Assembly (NCBI GenBank): GCA_051294905.1
Contig: CM119378.1
Location: 2,854,001-2,918,000, forward strand
Reading direction: 5' to 3'
DNA: 64,000 nt
Source of the DNA: Botryllus schlosseri
Lineage: Eukaryota
Below, piece after piece: positions 50,101-62,218 of the stretch (its first letter is position 1; each line of letters starts with the position of its first letter). The notes beneath the pieces were generated by a model. The model ran no database searches and had not been told where the DNA came from. It saw nothing but the letters and a program-made list of their open reading frames with translations. The translations under genes and the position numbers were made by a program.

Positions 50101-52041
50101 TTCTAAAAAGCAATGTCGATTCAGCTGGCTTCAAGCACAAATGGTGCCAATAGATATTATTATTGGAGGAAATCATAGACACCATTCCGTGACCTTCCTA
50201 AACAATAAAAATAGGAAAGTTTCCTTGCATTGGATTACCACCACTGCCATCTGATTGGTGAAACCTAGCCAATTAAAAACGGTGCACGAATCTAAACGCA
50301 TGTGATGCCAAGGGTCATCACGTGCGAAGTTTAAATATGTACCTTTTATGCGATCACAAAGAATATAATGCAAGTGTTCTATATCGCGTTGAAGATTATT
50401 TGGTATTGTTCGACCATAACTATTTCATCGTGCTGTGTGACAATGCCATGGTTTGATCACAGTTGAACAGATTGCGTGTATAGCTTTGTAATACACGACT
50501 ATATGTGCAGTATGCCGTGATATGGCCCACAGAGATTGTTTACAGTTTTCGGCTGTGGAAAATAGTGTTGAAACCAGGGTTGCAATCAAGTCACAAGGCT
50601 TTGAGTCACAAGTCAATCTCACTTAATTATGATTGTGACTCGAGTCAAGTCATTTTCAATTTGCCACTGAGTCAAGTGCGAGTCCAAGTCAGCGACCAGA
50701 GGGTCAAGTCCGAGTCCAAGCCATTGTGTTGAGTGTTGACTGCTCAGTTTCCAGTTAAAGTCTTGTTAAACCCACTTTTTGTAACTCGTAGTGTTTGGTG
50801 TATCGAATGGTTCACATAGTATACTAATTTTCCTCACTTTTAACAGTGTCTGGTCGCAATTTTAAGTACCAGTACCTATACACGAAATCCCAATAAGGTG
50901 GTTACTTTACTATTTTTCAAAATTACAATGAAATTACAGTTTTAGCCGTCTGAGTCTCGAGTCATACGACTTGGTTCGAGTCATGCGCGATGACTCGAGT
51001 CCAATTCGAATCAATACACAGATTGACTCGCGTCGAGACATTTCTGTATTTTGAAAATATGACTCGAGTCAAGTCGAGTCATCAAAAAATCATGACCCGA
51101 GTCGAATCGTGACTTGAGTCATTACAACCCTGATTAGAATGCACAATGGATTCAGATTCGTGTATTCGAATAACTATTCCCAGCCCGAGTGGATAGGCGA
51201 TGACCCAAAATCTAAATGGCATAATGCTATTGAGAATTTCCATTGCAAAAACTGACCAAAATCCCTTGAACTTATATAAATAGTTTTGCGCTGTAGCAAG
51301 GTCTAGCAAGTAACGCATAACCCTCACAGACACACAAAAGTATAATTACTTCTTCACTGACCAAATCTGACACACGTAAGCACATCGATGAGTAACTGAA
51401 CAAATTACCTCGTCTGAACTTTCGTGGAGAGAATCCTCTTCGGCGTTTTGTTGCATTTCCATTCCAAGAAAGCCCGACACCATACCCGTCTCACCCAGAT
51501 TTATATCGGCACCGCATTGAGAGAAAAGCGAGCGTATGCTATTGAGACAGCTTGACATCTCATCCACAGATGGGTTTACCAACGCCTGAGACTTTTCATC
51601 GACTATCTTTTGACCACAAGGGAGCAGCTCACTGTCATTCTCAGTTGAGCTTGTAACTTCGAGATCTTTTTCCTCGTCAGGTGGAACCGGACTTAGTATT
51701 ATGTCCTCGGATTGTTCCTTATTACGGTTGATCTGTTCATCCATAGCATCAACTGCTTGACATAAGATATCGTCCATATTGTCATCATCTAGTTCCATAC
51801 CGGTTTCATATTCCTTATTTACAAACGCATCTTTCGGTGGTATAGCTTGAGCAAATATATCGAGGCTAATATCCGGCAAATCATTGTTTTTGAACAAGTC
51901 AGGTGGAGACAAGTCATCGGTCGATTTTTTTGCACATTCCACTTTTTCATTATCATTTCTTGGATGGACTGCGGTATTTTTCTGATTATTGCTGTTAATC
52001 TTCATCAAATCTCCTGATTTGCGGGACATGCCAGACTCCAT
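35106..52041 (-). CDS. Gene B, N-terminal module: acidic N-terminus, ~9 Brinker-like HTH, 1 CENP-B-type HTH and basic linkers, predicted to splice in frame to the pseudo-lyase exons
   Basis: Seventeen phase-0 exons: 51409-52041, 49932-50102, 49210-49368, 48931-49029, 47769-47918, 47105-47326, 45375-45524, 44821-44982, 43971-44144, 40533-40733, 39528-39650, 38838-39065, 38436-38477, 37564-37737, 36303-36656, 35943-36134, 35106-35267 (~1130 aa). HTH examples: RTPAFKLSVVEYAQKVGNAASARRYDISESTIRSWRK; FSHAFKKKVVMYATKHLSKTKASRRYGIPFDTVGVWIK; YSLEFRMQVMRDLVLENVGVKEASKRYGMPRRTVYDWL. CENP-B type: IEDKLQTWIVQQISLSLEVSERAVKHQAMKYAAEIG...EWCATFL. Confidence 0.78.
39900..40195 (+). mobile_element. hAT-like transposase C-terminal relic, copy 3
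   Basis: QYCQRTTAAVERSFSILGKLLSKDRHFLPENVGKYL; truncated by a GACTCGAG-rich repeat near 40195. Confidence 0.7.
41653..43848. mobile_element. Palindromic TAGGGCT-family MITE split by a second element
   Basis: Arms ~41653-41975 and ~43540-43848 are inverted copies. Flanks CTACACAT / CTAGACAT form an 8-bp TSD with one mismatch. Confidence 0.8.
41986..43498. mobile_element. ~1.5-kb non-autonomous hAT-type element
   Basis: TIR CAGGCGCGTAGCCAG...CTGGCTACGCGCCTG with a perfect 8-bp TSD GTGAGCAC (41978-41985 and 43499-43506). Internal imperfect direct repeat of ~450 bp. No transposase ORF. Confidence 0.9.
48010..48815 (+). repeat. Minisatellite of ~30-37-bp units (AACTAGAACTAGAACTACCCACTTTTCAAA...)
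   Basis: More than 20 tandem degenerate units seen directly. A shorter related array lies at ~12815-12960. Confidence 0.95.
50575..51132. mobile_element. GACTCGAG/GAGTC-rich MITE with CAGGGTTG(T/C)AA termini; the most complete copy of a family found in many introns
   Basis: Starts CAGGGTTGCAATCAAGTCAC and ends GTGACTTGAGTCATTACAACCCTG. Partial copies at ~10270-10515, 11753-11920, 20075-20280, 22240-22720, 23590-23850, 33658-33740, 35570-35890, 40195-40470, 44315-44490 and 52158-52580. No clean TSD. Confidence 0.75.
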
Positions 52042-55000
52042 GATCTCACCAAATAGCGCTGAGATTTAAAACATAAAGCACCAAGACCATCGCAATTTCA
52101 AGAACTACACAGAGCTATAACCGAACAGTCTCAACTACTCTCTGTCACAGTTATAAGACAGGGTTGTAATCAAATCATAACGTTCCGAGACACAAGTCAA
52201 TCAAACTTTTATAGTTTTGATTAGAGTCAAGTCGAGTCATTTCCAACTCACCACCGAGTCAAGTCTGAGTCCATGTCACTGAGCAAATGGCCGAGTCCGA
52301 TTCCAAGGTTACAGACTCGAGTCTGAGTCGAAGTGATTGTGCCATACATTTCAACTTCAACTAAGGTTCAGCTCAATTTTTGTGCAACTCATTGGTGATA
52401 TCGAAGGTATCATATTCATAATATAATCATTTTTATCGCTCTTGACCGGTGCTGATACGCGATAGTTGAATAATATAAGCCACATACAATGTCTGAGTTG
52501 GAGTCAATGACTGTTGGAGTCACGAGTATAAGTCGAGTCTATAGGCAAAGGCAGGCTACGCAAAGTGACTCTAGTCGATTCAAGTCATTTTCCATTTTTA
52601 ACAAACTGACAATAAACATCCTAAACAAATACGCTGGTAAATGTTTCATCCAAATTTTGTTAGCGCTGTCTGTATTGTATATATGTGATGTACCGTAACC
52701 CCTAGCACAGTGCTTGTACCAGTCTCGATATGCACAAATTCGAAATTGTGTACCACGTAGGGCGCTGATGATACTGATGAGTGATAGGGATACTAAACTT
52801 GGATATAGCTTACAACTGATTGCAGCATAAATAAATGAACTCGAAAGAATTTCGGCATGACCCTTATTGGATGAGCTTTAGCTGTTTTCTTACAAATCCT
52901 ATTCCAAGATTGGTGCAGAAGTAATGAAGATGGTTGCCCATTTGCAACTTCGCGGCTATATACACCGTACATGAAAAATTGGACATGGATTTACTGTCTC
53001 AACTGTAATTAAAATCCGTAAACGAGAGAGGGGACTTGGAGTTGACAACGAATTGTATCGCAGTCTTGTGGTGACTGATGGTTTATTGAAATGATGAAAT
53101 TGTCATTAGGAATTGAAGTACTATCTTTTCATTGTATCGCAGTTTTGTGGTGTTTTGAAACGATGAAAAATACTAATAAAACCGATTCATTGATTGATTG
53201 ATTGGTTACCGACTTACCGATCCGGTATCATAACAACGCGACCTCGTTTCAGTCCTGTTCGTATAAACATCGCCTCAACACGTGAAAACTTCTCTTGTAA
53301 GCGTGACGAGACCGTTTTATAGTTTCTCTAGCATGTCGCAATCTGTAAAAGTCTGGGAAACACTGGTAAATATATACTAATAGAAGTAGGACTGCAGAAC
53401 GAAACCAACGCTGAACATTTATCAACAATCAGTCCACACAATTTCCACTTCACACTTCCCGCAATCACGTCTGCTCTAAAACCGGATTCGGATATCAATT
53501 TTCCAAATTCGGTGGATACAACGAGGGAAGCAAAGACATAAACGGAGCCCAAAATTATATCAACCATGATAAAAATAGCGTAAATCAATAAAGACTGTAG
53601 TCTATAATAAATTTTATCATATGGTAACTCACCGCCGGTTCAAGTCTGGGCAATATCGACTGAGCTCTATAAACGCAATATCACGCTTCGAAGTGTCGGG
53701 GATATATCTGGGGTTCTCCTCCCACCCGTGCCTCGCCGTTTTCCGTCGTCTTCACAAGAGATGGAAGACCCGATGAAGGACGAATGAATAGAGCAACAAG
53801 AATCGTCAAAAACAGAGATTCGTCACGCCGAGGTGGATGTTAAATTGAGAGACCGTACTTGTCGTTTCGAGATCCTCCAATCTGTCCATTACATCGCATT
53901 ATGTATATTGCGTCAATGATATATACCTGTATCATTGTTTGTGTATACCATTTTGAATATTGCGTCTTGAAATGACAGAGCTCCCGAATATATTATAAGA
54001 TCGATAGCGATCTACATGTAGGTGTTGTAGCCATTCCATGTAGATTACGAGAGCGTTTCGGGAACCATGCAGTAGGCCTAATGCTAATCATGGCATAATA
54101 GCCACATAGGTTACGGCAGGGGTCGCCAACCCAAACCGGTCGTGGGCGACTTTTCAAATTTTGTAGAGGCCGCAACCCGCAAGAATGCGATATCGAGACA
54201 AAATCGGTCACACTGTTAGCAATCTCTATCAATCAATTTCGGCATTTCACAACGCTTTACTTAGCGTTCTGAAATCATATCGCGGGCCACAAAATGTGAC
54301 CTCATGGGCCGCGTATTGGTGAACCCTTGGTTAGGGTGGAATCAGCGTGTACTTTCACTTTGAGTACACGCTGGTGTAATCATAGCTATGGTGGAACGGC
54401 GCTTTTGATTCCGCTCGGCACTTTTGCTTCCGCGAAAACCTTAGGTAATCAAACCTCGCAGGAATAGACAATGAATCCGTACGGGAGTTTCCCTGAATTA
54501 TATCCTAACAGTTTTCACATGTAGTTAATGTATCCATCAAGTAATAGTCAGATTACATATATTTTATCCGATCAAGACATACACAATGTACAATGCGATA
54601 CACAAGAAAAAATGCGATAGGAGGATGCCGAAACGACCAGTTGCTTGCTTGCTCTTTTCTTAGTACGTTCTATATCTTTCTTTGGGCTTTATTTTGTGGC
54701 TGCATGAACGCCGAAAAGGGGTAAAGTGTTTGAACCCGCGAGCCGTCAGCGTAAGTGGCGTCGAAGCTCGTCATCAGGCTATATCTCTCCCCCTGTATTC
54801 GTAGTAGGTACATTCCTTCCGTATTAGTCGCGAAAATGCATCTCACAATTTAGAAAGCTTACTGGACCAACTAAATCTCCGTATCTCCCAACCTGCTTCT
54901 TCAAACCTCCGACGAGCGCAGTCGTTCTGTGTTGGCTTCTCGATCGGTAGACTTGATCCTAAAACTGCTAGCAATGGCTTCTCCCTCAGGCACTCGGCAC

Positions 55001-56401
55001 AGGGTAGCGTTGCGAGGAAAACGGCAGTGCTGGCTTTGTAACCTCACTGTACCTTTGGAGCTCCGTCGTCAACGTACAACGTCTATGCGTATAAAGATAA
55101 ACCGCCTTTCCTACTCTGACTCATACTTTTTGTTCATTGCCTCTCAACTTCAAAAGTTTTGAGTCAAGACTGAATTCGAGGAAAAGACTATCCAGAATAC
55201 AAGAAGCACACCATCCGGAGATGTACTACAAGCATATTTTATCGCGTGAACATGAAACAACTCAATTGCTAGTGGGAATCCCAATGAGACACACACAAAT
55301 ACAGATACATAAAAGATAAAAAGACATTTAACAAATTGACGATACTACAACACTGGCGAAAGCCAGGAAAACGCTATAGGCTGCATATTCACTATGCAGC
55401 TGCACCAGACTGAGTTGTATAAAGGCACTGGACACACAAAATAATTCACATGCCGGCTATACATTTGGATGACAATATTCTATACAAAGGGAAACCAGAT
55501 CACTGGAACAAGGTATTTAGGCTGAAAACCATTTCTGAACATTCATAATCCCAGTTATAGAAATGAATAACGAGGAAATTTGGTCATTATCTATGACACG
55601 TTAGAAAAGAAATATATTCTCTCATATGAAAATTACAATTGAATGGTGTAGCCTTCATATCGAAATAAACCCAAATATTTTCGGCTGACACTCATCAGGG
55701 TGATCGTCAACTAGTGGTAAATTGCAATGAACATTGTACATCAACAATCGCATCACATACTATGACATCACCGCCATGAAATTTCTAATATCCAAAATGG
55801 CAATAAGTCAAGGACTAACATATGGAAAAAAATCAACAGAAGTTGAACAATCCAAGAGTACCAAAACCAATACATAAAGTGTCGAACGTGTCCAGGGACC
55901 TGGACCACACAAAACTAAATCACCAACGTAGTGCACTTCAATTGTATATATGATTATTGATTATATATCAAAGCTGACACAATGCACGTGTCACCATGGA
56001 GATGAAAATTTACACATATCCAGAGCATTCCATGAAATTAGATTGACAAAAATACGACATTTCAACCAGCTACAGTAATGAAATCTCTGACACGAATTGT
56101 AACCAAGAGAACGTATGTACTGTACAAGAACCATATTCTAGTAAAGTTAGGAGTTTAAACTGTCTGTTCGGCAAGACTCAAATGATCAGGTTACTTCGAA
56201 CAGTTAATAAGTATCAAAAGAACACTGACATATGTCTATCAATCTTTGCTTCAACAGAGTAGCACATTTCAAAGGCCTAGCTTTTGAACATAGTAGGGTC
56301 AGTACTGGAGTTTAGATGGCAGTGCACGACATAGAAAATACATCTCATCTTCACACAGAGAAGAACGTACTAAATTTGTCAAGGATCAAGATTTTCCTTC
56401 T

Positions 56402-57262
56402 TCAAAACATATCACCTATATTCGACCTCAGATCATAGGCCCTGTCGAGCCTCCTTAAAAGCAAAACAGCCAACACAACACTCAAAATAATAATGAGCAT
56501 CATAGGTGTCGTATCTTCTGGTGCGCGTCGTCGGGGAGTATTAATCTGCTGAGCTTGTGGCGGTTGGCTGACAACAGGCTGGGGATCTGATGGAGGAGTG
56601 CTGACGTTGCGTTGACGAAGTCCTGTATTTTCCGTGGTTTGTTCTTGTGTTGAATCTGAAACCGGTGTGTCGCTTTTTGGGGACTCTTTTGTTTGAGGTT
56701 TCGGGTTAGAGAAGCTGATTTGTCGTGCAAGCTCTTCATCTTGCAGCTGTTTTTCCGATTTCGGCAAAGAACCATCTCCTCGAGCCTTTAATTTCTGTTT
56801 AATCAACCCACACGAAGGACAACTCCAAGTTTGAGACTTTCTCGCCAACACTTTCCTTTCTTCCGGCGTGTAATCGATAGCTCCAATGGCACCTTCCCCT
56901 TTTGTAGGCAAGAATCCGATAATGGCAAGAATAGCAGTTCGAATACTCCAACTCGGCTGCCAGGATTCAGGATGATATCCGGAAATGCTCAAACATATCT
57001 TCTTGTGTAGCTCGAATCTACCATTCGGTGTTAACATAATGATACTTGGTGGTTTCATGGGATATTCAGGAGGGAGTACAATTCGACCGTGATAATATCC
57101 GCCGGAAAAGTCGGTATCGTCTGGTCCGCGGATCGTGAAGTGCCACTCGAATAGGTTGTCGTCAAGAGGCTGGGCAAAGTATTGGTCTGTAGGCTCTCTC
57201 AATTCTTGAGCTTCTTTCATCAATCTTTTCACTGCTGGGTTTTTGAAGTTATACCGGGCCAT
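56402..57262 (-). CDS. UBE2J1: Ubiquitin-conjugating enzyme E2 J1 (ER-anchored, ERAD)
   Basis: MARYNFKNPAVKRLMKEAQEL...DNLFEWHFTIRGP...PPEYPMKPPSIIMLTPNGRFE...KICLSISGYHPESWQPSWSIRT is a Ubc6/UBE2J1 UBC domain with the active-site Cys, followed by a C-terminal TM helix (MMLIIILSVVLAVLLL). Single coding exon. Confidence 0.96.
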   Translation of the reverse strand: MARYNFKNPAVKRLMKEAQELREPTDQYFAQPLDDNLFEWHFTIRGPDDTDFSGGYYHGRIVLPPEYPMKPPSIIMLTPNGRFELHKKICLSISGYHPESWQPSWSIRTAILAIIGFLPTKGEGAIGAIDYTPEERKVLARKSQTWSCPSCGLIKQKLKARGDGSLPKSEKQLQDEELARQISFSNPKPQTKESPKSDTPVSDSTQEQTTENTGLRQRNVSTPPSDPQPVVSQPPQAQQINTPRRRAPEDTTPMMLIIILSVVLAVLLLRRLDRAYDLRSNIGDMF

Positions 57263-57483
57263 TGCTTGGAATTACAATCTAGGGATTATCCTATTTAATT
57301 ACTAAACCATTGAGTCCTACGAGAATGACACTTCGAAGGTTAAGTACAAATCAGACATCTTGGGTTGGATTTTTACTAGGGGTGGGCAAAGTTGAGTGTC
57401 ACCTGTGTGATCCAGTATCGGGCTTCGAGTCTAATAGAGTAGGCTATCATTCGAGCACCACTCATCAACTATGTAACTTTTAT

Positions 57484-57890
57484 TAGGGTTACCATACGTC
57501 CTCCTTTAGGAGGATTTGTCCTGTTTTTTTACTTTTTTGAAGATTGTCCTCGAAGGACGCCGTTTTGTCCTCTTTTTTGGAAAATTTTGGTTAAATATGG
57601 GGGCAAATTCTACTGAGAAACAATAAGTCAGCAAAGTAGTAACGCTCCGGCGGATATTTCTAGAGCTGGACCGGAAAGTTGACCTTTTTTTTGGTCAACC
57701 ACCTGATAATGTGAAAGAAAAACTGTATTCTGGGCGCTGAGCGAGAAAGCTGACCTTTATTTCTTTTAGTCAACCGACCACGAGGAGGGAAAAATGTTTA
57801 CCATTTTTTCAGGATTTTCCTCCGGTTTCGCAAGCTAGAAAATTTTGAAAAAGTGTCCTCATTTCAGATTTCTAAAATATGGTAACCCTA
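57484..57890. mobile_element. MITE with TAGGGTTACCATA termini
   Basis: TAGGGTTACCATA...TATGGTAACCCTA flanked by duplicated CTTTTAT. Confidence 0.82.
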
Positions 57891-60800
57891 CTTTTATGCA
57901 ACCATAAACAATACGAGTTTCTACATCACAAAAGTTCATTTGCTATTTTTTCGATCATGCCTATTTCATTGCACTTCGTGACAATGATGTGGGTTGATTT
58001 AGACTTCACAGATATGTTTTAGGCACAGATTTCGATAGCATCAATCGAGGTTTCCAGGCTATCACGGTGGAAAATACTATCGAAACTATGATTTTGGTTG
58101 ATAAATTAACTCTTAGTGACAAGGAGTTTATAATTTCAGTACTCAAACAAATCATCTCACTACTCGACATGAATCAATATGGTAGGTAGCCTACAATCGT
58201 TACTCGATTCAGATTTGAGCACTCAACCTCAAGTAGAAGGGACTATCAAAAAGCGACATGCAATCACGCCTGATTGGAATCTCCGTCCTTTTTTTGAAAT
58301 AAATCCTGTGTGATAGAAGCTTTTTTCGCGTGACAGAGTCAACTTAGCGGCGTGACAAGCAAGGTTACTGACTTCAAATGACTGTGTTAAGCCAGTGAGA
58401 GGAGATCAGATGCTAACGGTTAACAACTGGTAAGGTGCAAGTACTTTACCAACAGACAGTAATCAACAGCTCCTGGCTAGAGGATTAGGTCAAAACATTA
58501 TATACCACATACTAACTGGAATATAGCATTTGGGGTGGCTGAGAACATTGACTTTTTTTCAATTTTTTTTTTTAATTTTATTTTTTTAATGAAATCAACG
58601 ACCCGTGACGGCGTGACCGCGTGCAACTGGCGACCAAGTCGGCGTGATCCTGCGTGCCTTGGACACCGATTCCATACTGGGCAATCAGTAGGCAACATAT
58701 ATCCTACCTACAAGTTATTTTAGAGAAATTTTAGATCCTTCGGGCCACGGCTTAAAACATTGATGCATTTCAATAAAATGAAGACAGAATTTTTTCACCG
58801 TTATTTATGGCAGGGTCGCACCAACATCTTTCCAAAATTCCTGTTCAAGGACGAGCCTAACGTGGGGTCATTTAGCATGGACGGATCAATTATGGTCTGG
58901 AATACAAGATATCAATCGATTCTAATCTGGTCACACTGCAAAATTACGGGAGGAAAATTTCATCACACTCTTTTTATTGCATGAAAGGTAGCACCTTGAA
59001 CACTCCACTGGGTTACAGCTGAGCTGACCAACAATTACAGTGTCTGTATCGTGAGAGATGGTCATACTCATTATTCAAATCATGCACATGCAAGTGCCCA
59101 AAGAAGCATTCAATTGATGAATAATTCACAATGAAAGATTTCCATGGTTAATAGTAATGAAATCTACTAATCTAGGACAGACAGCAACCTCAAATATCAG
59201 GTAATTAGTCAGGTTGAATTAATAAAAGAAGTTGATATAAATAAATATTTTGAAATTTAGAACTACAATTATCAAAACCAAAGGTATGCTGTTCATCTGT
59301 TCTAGCCTGATACAATATATTACACTCATTTGAAAATCGCCATACAGTCATTCCATTCATGACTTTTCTCCCTTCTTATAGTCTCAGACATTGCATTTCC
59401 TGATTTCCACAACCATAAATTCCTCTATTTTAGCAACGAACGAAATGATGTAATGACCAAAGATAAAATACAGCCTATTCTACGAGCTAAGATATTTGCA
59501 ATAAACGCGCGACTCACCGTCTCGGGATAAGAAGATTCGTTAAAATAGTATTGGGCTACGTGGCTTCAAATAAGCAGCAGAACCAGAATGATATAATGGC
59601 AACACTTCCGGAATAACATCGACGTGTCTTTCTAAGAACATTGGCTTTAGAACACCATGGTGAAAATCCTAAAGCCTTGAGCGCAACCATGGCTATTTTG
59701 AACATAAAATACAATAACTAGATAAACTGAACGATGGACATCGAAACTGTATCGCTCATCAACGCGGAAGGCTGATGAGAAATTACGTCATGATAACAGC
59801 TGACCACCAGCAATGACGAAAATTACTCATGGAGGATGTTTTGGTATGGTTTACTCAGCAGCGCGCGCCGTGTTTGGTAGGTATGCTCTTCAGCAGTGAT
59901 GAGTGGATCTTGATTTCGGAGAATCCGAATCCATTCGACAGCTTTAGTATATGATGAACAAATCCGTCCGATTCCGAAGAATCTCAACCAAAAATCCACA
60001 CGAGTCCGAAAAATCTCGTCCAAGAATCCAAAATATCCGCGTTAAATATTTCTTTCGACAACTGGCACAATTTTTGAGTTCAAGTTCAAGATCAAGATCA
60101 AGTTTATTCATGAAATTTCATCACTTCAAAACATCACAAGACTGCAATACAATGAATGATAGGAAGATGACGAAACGACTAGGAGTAGTCAGATCAGACA
60201 CCCACCTGGGCCTCGGCGATGTAAAGAGCAGGCATGCACAAGCACATTGTACACTGAATGAAAGTATGAGAAGATAATATAAATGGACAAGCGAGAAGCG
60301 ACCAGTTCAATCATAAAGTGTTTACTGTCCGTGTTTGGTTAGCAGTTAGACAATTTTTGTTCTTCTTGGTAAGTAATCAAAAGTCCCCACTGCTCAGAAC
60401 TACCCAAAAATAGTCGAAACAATAGTTAGTAAAATATGGAAATATCCGACACAAAATTTGAAATACAATCTGCATCCGATCCGACTGCCATAAAATTGTC
60501 CAAAATCCAGTGATAGTTCTATCCGAACCCGGGTCAAGATGCTGTCACTGCCACGAAAAAACCATTGACTTCTTCCCCACCTCAGAATCTACATCTCATA
60601 CGTAGGCCTACAACACGCGTCAAACTATCATAAGTTCACAACGAATTTCATGAAAATCCATCGCTCTATCAAGTATGTCGAATCACGAGTCACAACCGCG
60701 GAACAGTGTTTCGGCGGAAATTCAATAGTCTTCAAGCATGTTTAATTGTTTATTGTCAACATTCGAGTCCGAATACAAATAGATTTGTCAGAGCAAAAAT

Positions 60801-60973
60801 TAGTCTCAGTTGGTTTTCATTGAATGTGCACTGTGCAGTGCATGCATGCCTCGTACTTACATCTCTATTAGCGACCCAGGGTGTCTGATTTCAAAGACTA
60901 ATCCAAGTCGCTTCGACGCATTCCTGTCTCTTCATTGTATCGCAATCTTGTTGTGTTTTGAAAGAATGAACAG

Positions 60974-61590
60974 TAGGGCTGTTCAAAAATAACTTTTTTT
61001 TCCCGATTCAAGCCGGTCACCTCTTAAATCGTCAGGTTGCAGTAGAAAACCTTGCTCACCAAATTTCACTCGATTCCAACCAGTAAAGGTCTCCGCAGAT
61101 CCAATTAAAATTTTTAATTTATTATGGAAAATTGAAAAAAAAATTTCCAAATTTTTCTGCCAACCCCATGAAATTGTTGAGCTGTCTTCAAAGACGTTGC
61201 AAAACAAATTTGAGTAAATTCCGACCAGTAGAAGCGGAGTTATTGGAGTTTTTCGTTGAAATTTCTCGGATTATCCTTGATTGGTGGATAATCCGCGATT
61301 TATCAACGAAAAACTCACATAACTCCGCTTCTACTGGTCGGAATTTACTCAAATTTGTTTTGCAACGTCTTTGAAGACAGCTCAACAATTTCATGGGGTT
61401 GGCAGAATAATTTGGGAATTTTTTTTTTTTAATTTTCCATAATAAATTAAAAATTTTAATTGGATCTGCGGAGTCCTATACTTGTTAGAATCGAACCAAA
61501 TTTGGTGTGCAGCGTTTTTTAGGGTAACCTTACAATTTAATCAGTGAATGGCTGGAATCCGAAAAAAAAAGTTATTTTTGAACAGCCCTA
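60974..61590. mobile_element. Near-perfect palindromic hAT-type MITE (same family as 2549-3023)
   Basis: TAGGGCTGTTCAAAAATAAC...GTTATTTTTGAACAGCCCTA with a perfect 8-bp TSD ATGAACAG (60966-60973 and 61591-61598). Inner arms are almost identical, which produces the mirrored ORFs in the track. Confidence 0.93.
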
Positions 61591-62218
61591 ATGAACAGCG
61601 TACCACCGGTAGGCTAGAGGTTGGTCGCGTCCGGAAAAAGGTTAGGAGGGAACCACTGATCAACAGCAATGTACTTCACTGCTCAATGCTCATGTTCCCC
61701 TCAAAAAAAAAACATTGTATGATCTGATTCGAATGGTTTATATGACTGGTCACCGAACGTCGGAGGCTTAAATTGTGGGTTGTGCATCATATCAATCATT
61801 TTCAACTTTCTGAGGTTCCATATGCAATCCTCTATTTTTGCTGACTATCTATCAAAGATTGAGGTTATACAGCCAACTACGCAGAGCAGTTCTACGTATC
61901 TGTATACGATAAGACGCTGTATTCGTAACTCGATTTGTAATACATAACCACCCAACCTGTACTTCAATAATCTTGTAAATTATAAGGGGTTGAATCACGC
62001 CTTGTACGTCACCTCGACTCTTCATTATACACACATGTAATAACGCCTAAACTTTCAATAATAGATACGTGTTATAAGACTCTGAAACATACATCGCTAT
62101 TCCATTGACAAATTCATATCAATAACAAACTCATACATTATGATTGACGATAGAAGAAAACGTGTACTGTCCCACCCTAAAGCTGATACTGATAAATTGC
62201 ATAGAAAGCAATCCTAGC

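Noticed and set aside
35919..50102. Reading the HTH exons as bacterial IS or intact pogo transposases
   Set aside because: No DDE domain, TIRs or TSDs around them. Each is bounded by AG/GT in the same phase and on the same strand, which fits exons of a host gene.
53328..53830. ORF 53328-53588 and a donor-like G|GTGAGT near 53632 as coding exons of gene B
   Set aside because: No recognisable protein and no supported in-frame join; at most a non-coding 5' exon.
60983..61394. Mirror-image ORFs ([15 protein letters not shown]...) on both strands, also at 2787-2981
   Set aside because: Artefact of a palindromic MITE; no protein motif.
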